64,000 bases of DNA, taken from contig JAFVSL010000003.1 in assembly GCA_017503725.1 (NCBI GenBank), forward strand, positions 6,236 to 70,235, written 5' to 3'. Source of the DNA: Alphaproteobacteria bacterium. Lineage in GTDB: Bacteria > Pseudomonadota > Alphaproteobacteria > Rs-D84. The notes beneath the pieces are model-generated. The model worked only from the letters and a program-made list of their open reading frames with translations. It was not told the DNA's origin and searched no databases. A program made the position numbers and the translations under genes. This document shows positions 58,356 through 64,000 of this stretch, piece after piece. Position 1 is the first letter of the stretch, and each line of letters starts with the position of its first letter.

Positions 58356-59195
58356 ATGCCACGTGTATCTGTACTGACTCCGCTTTATAACACCAATCCG
58401 GTGCATTTGCGTGAAATGATAGAATCCATTTTAAATCAAACATTTACAGATTTTGAGTTTTTGATTTTAAATGATTCGCCAAACAATACCGAAATCGAAG
58501 AAGTTGTGAAGTCTTACAAGGACAAGCGCATCAAATATGCCAAGAATGAACAAAATATGGGTATCACGCCATCGCGTAACAAGTTGCTTAAAATGGCACG
58601 CGGAGAATACGTTGCAATATTCGATCACGATGACATCTCTGTGCCGGAACGATTGGCATTGTGCGTGGAATACCTGGATAAAAATCCGCGCGTTGGTGTG
58701 GTTTCTGGCTGGTTACAGTTTTTTGGAACGGATGATAACCTGGTTAAGAATCCGGAAAGTGATACCGATATCAAGATTTATACGACCGTAAATTGCTATG
58801 TTGCGCACACGGCGGCGATGATACGCAAAAGTGTCCTAACCGACAATAATATTGAATACGAAGAATATTACACCCCGGCCGAAGACTATCGTCTGTGGGC
58901 ACGCCTGATGGATGTGACGCACTTTCATAATTTACAGACGGTATTGGTGAAATATCGTTGGTTTGGCAATAATACATCTGCGACATTTGCCGATCGGACA
59001 GAGGCCGCACGTCGTTCAATCAGTCTGCAATTACAGAACAAATATCCGGCATATTATCGTGAATATTGCCGTCGCTTTGAACCAAAAACGCGTATCAAGG
59101 TACGCCTGTTTGGTTTTATCCCGTTGTTCAAGATAAAACACAATTGGTTCTATTTGTTTGAATGTATACCAGTTTGCAAAATTTATTGGGGGTAA
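58356..59195 (+). CDS. family 2 glycosyltransferase
   Basis: MPRVSVLTPLYNTNPVHLREMIESILNQTFTDFEFLILNDSP and a DHDD motif. gaagggg SD before ATG 58356. The track ORF extends 36 codons upstream from a GTG. Confidence 0.85.
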   Translation: MPRVSVLTPLYNTNPVHLREMIESILNQTFTDFEFLILNDSPNNTEIEEVVKSYKDKRIKYAKNEQNMGITPSRNKLLKMARGEYVAIFDHDDISVPERLALCVEYLDKNPRVGVVSGWLQFFGTDDNLVKNPESDTDIKIYTTVNCYVAHTAAMIRKSVLTDNNIEYEEYYTPAEDYRLWARLMDVTHFHNLQTVLVKYRWFGNNTSATFADRTEAARRSISLQLQNKYPAYYREYCRRFEPKTRIKVRLFGFIPLFKIKHNWFYLFECIPVCKIYWG

Positions 59196-59196
59196 T

Positions 59197-60333
59197 ATGG
59201 CTATCAATTTTAATTCACCGACATACAATGATGATACGATTGCGAACATTCTGGACGCGTTAAATGGCAGGCATGTATCAGGGGATGGGAAATACACAAA
59301 ACTGGTACATAGTTGGTTTCAGAATAATATGGGGGTTGCGTCGGCGTTGCTGGTTCATTCCGGTACGGCGGCGTTGGAATTGGCAGCGGTATTGGCCAGC
59401 TTGCACCCCGGAGACGAGGTTATTATGCCGTCCTACACATTTTGTTCAACAGCAAATGCGTTTGTTATGGCGGGTGCGGTACCTGTATTTGTTGATATCC
59501 GCGCCGATACATTAAATATTGATGAAAATTTAATAGAATCTGCAATCACCCCCAAAACGCGTGCAATCGTTCCGGTGCATTATGCGGGTGTGGCGTGCGA
59601 GATGGACAAAATCATGGATATTGCGCGTCGTCATAACTTGCTGGTTATTGAAGATGCCGCCCAGGCATTTGATTCGTCTTATCGTGGGCAGAAACTGGGG
59701 ACAATTGGTGATATGGGGTGTTTCAGCTTTCATGAAACAAAAAATATTATGTCGGGCGAGGGTGGTTTGTTCGTTACAAATAATCCGGCATATGCTGAGC
59801 GCGCAGAAATTGTTCGCGAAAAGGGTACCAATCGCAGTAAATTCTTTCGTGGCCAGGTTGACAAGTATACATGGGTTGATAAAGGCTCGTCATATTTGCC
59901 CAGTGATATTATTGCAGCATATCTGTATTCTATCTTAAATGTTGCGCCAGATATTCAAGCGCGCCGTAAAGAGATTTGGAATAAATATAATGATGCATTT
60001 GCAGAATTTGAAACACGTGGTATAATCCGTCGTCCAATAATTCCAGATGAATGCACAAATAATGCACATATGTTTTATGTGTTGTTTAATGATCTGGATA
60101 CACGTACACGTTTTATCGCGCATATGCGTGCGCATGAAATTGGTACACCATTTCATTATATCCCGTTGCATTCTGCGCCCGCGGGCATGTCATATTGTCG
60201 TACGGGGTCTGATATGTCTGTGACAAATCGTGTATCTGATACATTGGTGCGTTTGCCACTGTACTATGATATGTCTGATACAGATGTTCAGCGTGTAATT
60301 GATACCGCGTGTGAATTTTTACAGGGGTTATAG
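59197..60333 (+). CDS. DegT/DnrJ/EryC1 family aminotransferase, WecE-like (dTDP-4-amino-4,6-dideoxyhexose synthesis)
   Basis: MAINFNSPTYNDD...HVSGDGKYTKLVHSWF resembles the WecE N-terminus. FHETKNIMSGEGG carries the PLP lysine motif. The start lies 13 codons inside the track ORF. Confidence 0.8.
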   Translation: MAINFNSPTYNDDTIANILDALNGRHVSGDGKYTKLVHSWFQNNMGVASALLVHSGTAALELAAVLASLHPGDEVIMPSYTFCSTANAFVMAGAVPVFVDIRADTLNIDENLIESAITPKTRAIVPVHYAGVACEMDKIMDIARRHNLLVIEDAAQAFDSSYRGQKLGTIGDMGCFSFHETKNIMSGEGGLFVTNNPAYAERAEIVREKGTNRSKFFRGQVDKYTWVDKGSSYLPSDIIAAYLYSILNVAPDIQARRKEIWNKYNDAFAEFETRGIIRRPIIPDECTNNAHMFYVLFNDLDTRTRFIAHMRAHEIGTPFHYIPLHSAPAGMSYCRTGSDMSVTNRVSDTLVRLPLYYDMSDTDVQRVIDTACEFLQGL

Positions 60334-61631
60334 TGTTAAATTTTTTGTACCAGTTTAAGTATAAAAAAATTCGTCGGTCATTTAACCGTCATTATGACCG
60401 TCGTATCTTTGATGTGTCTTGGCATGACGATGCAATATGCAGGCTGGCGGAAAAAATTTATGAAACTAATCATCACAAGTTCAAGGATTTTACGGGGTTT
60501 GGTGTTGATGTTGGGTTTTTTGCGACCATGCTTTACAAGACGGGTGGTCATACCCCATGTTTGGTAAATCTGTTAAAATCAATTTCGTCCGATGTTACGA
60601 CGTATGTATTCTTGTCGCAATTGCGTGATACAATGGATGCGGCCCCGGGTGTTGTGACCAATATTTGTGATATTTCAAGCATTGGTGGCATCACATTAAA
60701 TCACAAGAATTTTGTTAACGATGTTATAAGTTTGTATAATCAGATTATATCTAATTGTCCCCGTGTCGCGCTTGTATACATTCATATGTGGGATTTATTG
60801 TTTGTTGCGGTTATGCACCTGTTAAGGCAGCACGCCGGCATTAAAATAATATTCTTTAATCATGCCAGTCATTTTCCGAATGTTGGTATGACGATATCAG
60901 ATTTGATTTTAGAGGGTATGCCCACAACCCAGAAAAAAACAGAAAATGAAAGACACCTGCACAACTGTAAAATTATTGGTTTGCAGTCTGTTGGGGCACA
61001 TGACACAAAATATTACACCAAATCAGAATTAAATGCTAAAAGGTTAGAATTAGGTATTCCAAAAAATTCGCCATTAACGGTCAGTGGTGGTACCGGATAT
61101 AAATTTTTTGACGTTGATTCCAGTCCGTATTTTGAAATGATACGTGATTTGTTGGTCCGTAATCCTAAATTGCATCATATGGTGATAACAAATCTGGATG
61201 AAAAACAATGGGCGGTGGTTAAGAATCTATTCGATAGGCATCCGGACATACTTAATCGGTTACACATTGTGCCAATGACCCCAGATTTTGATGTGCTGTT
61301 TCAATGTGCTGATGTATTCATTGACAGTTTTCCGGTTTCCGCCGCTTTGACCCAGGTTGATTTGATGCGTATGCGTGTTGCGTCTGTGGTAAAAATCAAT
61401 CGTGTTACACCGGAATATTCTTTTCATGAATATATGCCATCTAATTATCCATACATGTACGAAACGGTATCTGATATGCGTGATGGCATTGAATTTTTGC
61501 TGGGCAATGTGGTTGCGCGCACAAAAATTATAAACAGTCAGTATGAATATTGGCTAAAAACGTATGAATGCAACGTGGTAAAGGATAAATATATTGCTAT
61601 AATCAAAGAGGTTTTAGATGCTAAAAACTAA
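60333..61631 (+). CDS. hypothetical protein, possibly a GT-B fold glycosyltransferase
   Basis: 432 aa. GTG start overlaps the stop of the upstream gene. The N-terminal ..KTGGHTP.. and C-terminal ..CADVFIDSFPVSAALTQVDLMRM.. loosely resemble GT-B donor-binding regions. Weak assignment. Confidence 0.35.
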   Translation: MLNFLYQFKYKKIRRSFNRHYDRRIFDVSWHDDAICRLAEKIYETNHHKFKDFTGFGVDVGFFATMLYKTGGHTPCLVNLLKSISSDVTTYVFLSQLRDTMDAAPGVVTNICDISSIGGITLNHKNFVNDVISLYNQIISNCPRVALVYIHMWDLLFVAVMHLLRQHAGIKIIFFNHASHFPNVGMTISDLILEGMPTTQKKTENERHLHNCKIIGLQSVGAHDTKYYTKSELNAKRLELGIPKNSPLTVSGGTGYKFFDVDSSPYFEMIRDLLVRNPKLHHMVITNLDEKQWAVVKNLFDRHPDILNRLHIVPMTPDFDVLFQCADVFIDSFPVSAALTQVDLMRMRVASVVKINRVTPEYSFHEYMPSNYPYMYETVSDMRDGIEFLLGNVVARTKIINSQYEYWLKTYECNVVKDKYIAIIKEVLDAKN

Positions 61632-62367
61632 TGCCACATGGGAACGCAGAAACTTTGGTTGCGACGCCTATGAATTTAAGTTAGATGCAAATGATTGTGT
61701 TGATGTGACGTCGACGATAAATGAAATGAATCTGGCTAATATGGATAATTGTTTTGTGACGGTTAAAATGCCGGCCGGACAGATAAAAATGTTGCACGCA
61801 TTGGAATCCAATGGTTTTAATTTTATGGAAAATCAGTTTCGCATAACGCGTTCATTAAAAAATTATCAAAGCCCAGATTTAATCAAGCGTTTGGGCACCG
61901 GTTGTACCCAGCAAGAGGTGGCAAAGACGTCATCTCAATGGCGTGCCGTTGCAGATATGTTAACGGATAATATTTTTACAACAGACAGGGTTTACCTGGA
62001 TCCATTGCTGCCATCTGGGACATCGGCTACACGGTACAGGAATTGGATAATGGATTTAGTGGATAATCCGGCGGCGCATTTATTCTTGTATTACAAAGAC
62101 AATGTCGCCATCGGCTTCAGTTTAGCGTTATATAAAGATGGTTATATTGATGACTTGCTAGCGGGTGTTTTTGAGGCCTTTTTATCATCTGGTTATGGTT
62201 TTTTACTGTTTGATGCGGCGTTGAAAAATTATTCAGGGCTTGGTTTTACTAAGATAGAAACCAGCATTTCATCAAATAATTTTTCAATTATGAAATTGTA
62301 TCAATTTTTTGATTATGAAATAATATCACAACATTATGTTCTGCGGAAATACAAAGGTGTAAAATAA
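61618..62367 (+). CDS. GNAT acyltransferase, WecD (dTDP-fucosamine acetyltransferase)-like
   Basis: The N-terminal TWERRNFGCDAYEF resembles the WecD start (TWENAFFG). C-terminal GNAT-like region. Context next to the WecE-like gene. Confidence 0.5.
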   Translation: MLKTNATWERRNFGCDAYEFKLDANDCVDVTSTINEMNLANMDNCFVTVKMPAGQIKMLHALESNGFNFMENQFRITRSLKNYQSPDLIKRLGTGCTQQEVAKTSSQWRAVADMLTDNIFTTDRVYLDPLLPSGTSATRYRNWIMDLVDNPAAHLFLYYKDNVAIGFSLALYKDGYIDDLLAGVFEAFLSSGYGFLLFDAALKNYSGLGFTKIETSISSNNFSIMKLYQFFDYEIISQHYVLRKYKGVK

Positions 62368-63434
62368 TGGCAAAATTATTATTTAATCATTCCAAAATTA
62401 CTGGTGTTTGCACGGTCGTCCCACAAGAGCGGATTTTATTAGACAACGAAGCATCATTTTATGATGATGTGGCGAAATTACAGCGATTAAAGATGGTCGT
62501 TGGTTTAAATTCACGCACGGTTGCACCCCATAATGTAACGCCGTCTGATTTGATGTATGATGCGGCCGTCCGCATAATGTCGGGAATGAATTTAGGGACT
62601 GATGACATAGATGCATTGGTTTGTGTTTTGGATAATCCAGACTATAAATGTCCGCCGACAGCGTGTGTCTTGCATGGACGTTTGGGTTTGGTTGAATCAT
62701 GTATGTCATTTGACGTAACGCATGGATGCGCGGGATATGTATATGGATTAAGTGTTGCACATTCATTGATAGAAAGTGGTTTGAAGCGCGTTTTGTTATT
62801 GGTGGGCGATACAAAAACACATACAATCAATATCCAAGACCGTGTGTCTGCACCAATCTTTGGTGACGGTGCGGCCGCAACCGTTATTGAACGCACAGAA
62901 CAACCAAATCCTGCATACTTTGTATTGGGCACCGTTGGCAGTTTGTACGAAAATATTATGATACCTGCGGGTGGCGCACGTATCCCATATTCTGCGGAAA
63001 CATCTGTGGATGTAGCGGATGAATATGGCAACATCAGAAATCAAAATCAATTCCGTATGAACGGCAAGAATGTGTTTGATTTTACAATGACTTATGTTCC
63101 CAAAAATATCCAAGAAGTCTTGGAATATTCAAACAAAAGCATTGATGATATAGACTACTTTATTTTGCACCAGGCAAACAAAAGTATTATCCGAAATATC
63201 ACCAGTCGCGCCGGTGTTTCAGATACGGCCAAGGTCCCAACGCGCGCTTTATCTGAATATGGAAATCTGGCGGTTGCATCCATTCCCAGTGCCATATCAA
63301 ACCAACTGTTTGATTGTGCAAATAATAAAACAATGCTATTATCCGGATTTGGTGTGGGATTGGCATATGCTACCGCAATTATTAACACGGATAACATATA
63401 TACCCCAGAAACCTTTATTTACCAAGGAGAATAA
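62367..63434 (+). CDS. 3-oxoacyl-ACP synthase III (FabH-like KAS III)
   Basis: Catalytic triad contexts HGCAGYVYGL (Cys), ILHQANKSII (His) and YGNLAVASIP (Asn). Confidence 0.85.
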   Translation: MAKLLFNHSKITGVCTVVPQERILLDNEASFYDDVAKLQRLKMVVGLNSRTVAPHNVTPSDLMYDAAVRIMSGMNLGTDDIDALVCVLDNPDYKCPPTACVLHGRLGLVESCMSFDVTHGCAGYVYGLSVAHSLIESGLKRVLLLVGDTKTHTINIQDRVSAPIFGDGAAATVIERTEQPNPAYFVLGTVGSLYENIMIPAGGARIPYSAETSVDVADEYGNIRNQNQFRMNGKNVFDFTMTYVPKNIQEVLEYSNKSIDDIDYFILHQANKSIIRNITSRAGVSDTAKVPTRALSEYGNLAVASIPSAISNQLFDCANNKTMLLSGFGVGLAYATAIINTDNIYTPETFIYQGE

Positions 63435-63436
63435 AT

Positions 63437-63658
63437 ATGACAACACAGGAACTTTTATCTGAATTAAAAACCGCAATAAATTGTGAGGCTGATTTAACGC
63501 CGGAAATGATTTTAAAAGATATCCCTCAGTGGGATTCGTTGGCAATTATATGTGTTATTACACTATTCGAAGAAAAGTTACAAAAACACACATCTTTTGA
63601 ACAATTGCAAGATGTTAAAAGTGTTCAAGATTTAATTAGCCTGGCGGGATTAAACTGA
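63437..63658 (+). CDS. acyl carrier protein
   Basis: 73 aa. The DSL phosphopantetheine attachment motif (QWDSLAIICVI) sits at the expected position. Confidence 0.8.
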   Translation: MTTQELLSELKTAINCEADLTPEMILKDIPQWDSLAIICVITLFEEKLQKHTSFEQLQDVKSVQDLISLAGLN

Positions 63659-63688
63659 TACCCGATATAACCATATCGGGTATGTCTT
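63657..63688. terminator. hairpin between convergent genes (possible terminator)
   Basis: atacccgatat-aacc-atatcgggtat perfect 11-bp stem. T-run weak. Confidence 0.5.
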
Positions 63689-63691
63689 GTC

Positions 63692-63985
63692 TTATTGATT
63701 TTGTTCGCAGATACATGGATAGAATTTAATATACTGGTCCGCTGCGGCGCGTGAAAATACGACCTTGTAAGTTGTGTTCCGTGGAATTGGTATAAAGGTA
63801 TGTGATGCGCTAATCTGGTTCGATGACGTTCCGTTAATGGCGTGGGCTGTACCGTTAATAAACATATATGCGTATGTGTTATCTGTGCTAAAACAGGTTG
63901 AAAATATTTCCAGCCATCCTGCTACATCTGTTGTATATTCGGTGGCACCTTGTTTTTGGATGCCGTTATCATAGTCTGGCATCAT
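63692..63985 (-). CDS. hypothetical protein
   Basis: 97-aa ORF near the window end. No motif recognised. Confidence 0.35.
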   Translation of the reverse strand: MMPDYDNGIQKQGATEYTTDVAGWLEIFSTCFSTDNTYAYMFINGTAHAINGTSSNQISASHTFIPIPRNTTYKVVFSRAAADQYIKFYPCICEQNQ

Positions 63986-64000
63986 ATTGCAAATAAATTG

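Overview
This looks like a chromosomal segment of a moderately AT-rich alphaproteobacterium. That is inferred from a circularly permuted two-piece tmRNA gene with an ANDN-type tag, a DUF1013/TrcR-like gene beside rpoD, and a CTTGAA-type heat-shock promoter ahead of dnaK. The lineage is probably host-associated or intracellular: small palindromic MITE-like repeats, ORFans wedged into housekeeping operons, and eukaryote-like protein modules.

I support about 60 protein genes, three tRNAs (Gly-GCC, Ser-GCT, CAT-anticodon Met/Ile2) and ssrA. None of the RNA genes is visible in the ORF track. Housekeeping content:
- queA, an M16 peptidase, tgt, lysS, csp, dnaK, rplY, rsmD, tadA, gpmI
- bamD, murJ, rlpA, rnj, comM/yifB, lepB, rnc, secG, cysS, rpoD
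- tmk, rplM-rpsI, tig, tsaB, rimI, obgE, rubrerythrin

A surface-glycan cluster occupies 57.3-63.7 kb: acetyltransferase, GT2, WecE-like aminotransferase, WecD-like GNAT, KAS-III and ACP.

The main candidate for something new has three linked parts:
- A 10.1-kb gene (36484-46608, minus strand) encodes a 3,374-aa secreted cysteine-rich mosaic protein.
- Two inverted two-gene cassettes of small secreted cysteine-rich proteins (18423-19724 and 34976-35916) share a 'YC[WF]C' core motif. They also share a C-terminal G-E-x-Y-x-D-x-T-G...C module with the giant protein.
- Each cassette sits behind a ~0.5-kb duplicated non-coding block. It carries an identical-geometry sigma70 promoter, a +1 palindrome, a positionally conserved Cys-containing uORF, a 40-nt invariant core with SD/anti-SD alternative helices, and a terminator-like hairpin.

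Other points of interest:
- a Lon homologue lacking its protease domain, heading a tight operon with ORFans and two paralogous HC-x-G proteins
- a divergent RelA/SpoT-like gene coupled to lysS
- an unclassified GC-rich structured element upstream of the glycan genes
- a Lys-repeat/Cys-cluster/EF-hand membrane protein

All family assignments come from motif recall and were not checked against databases.
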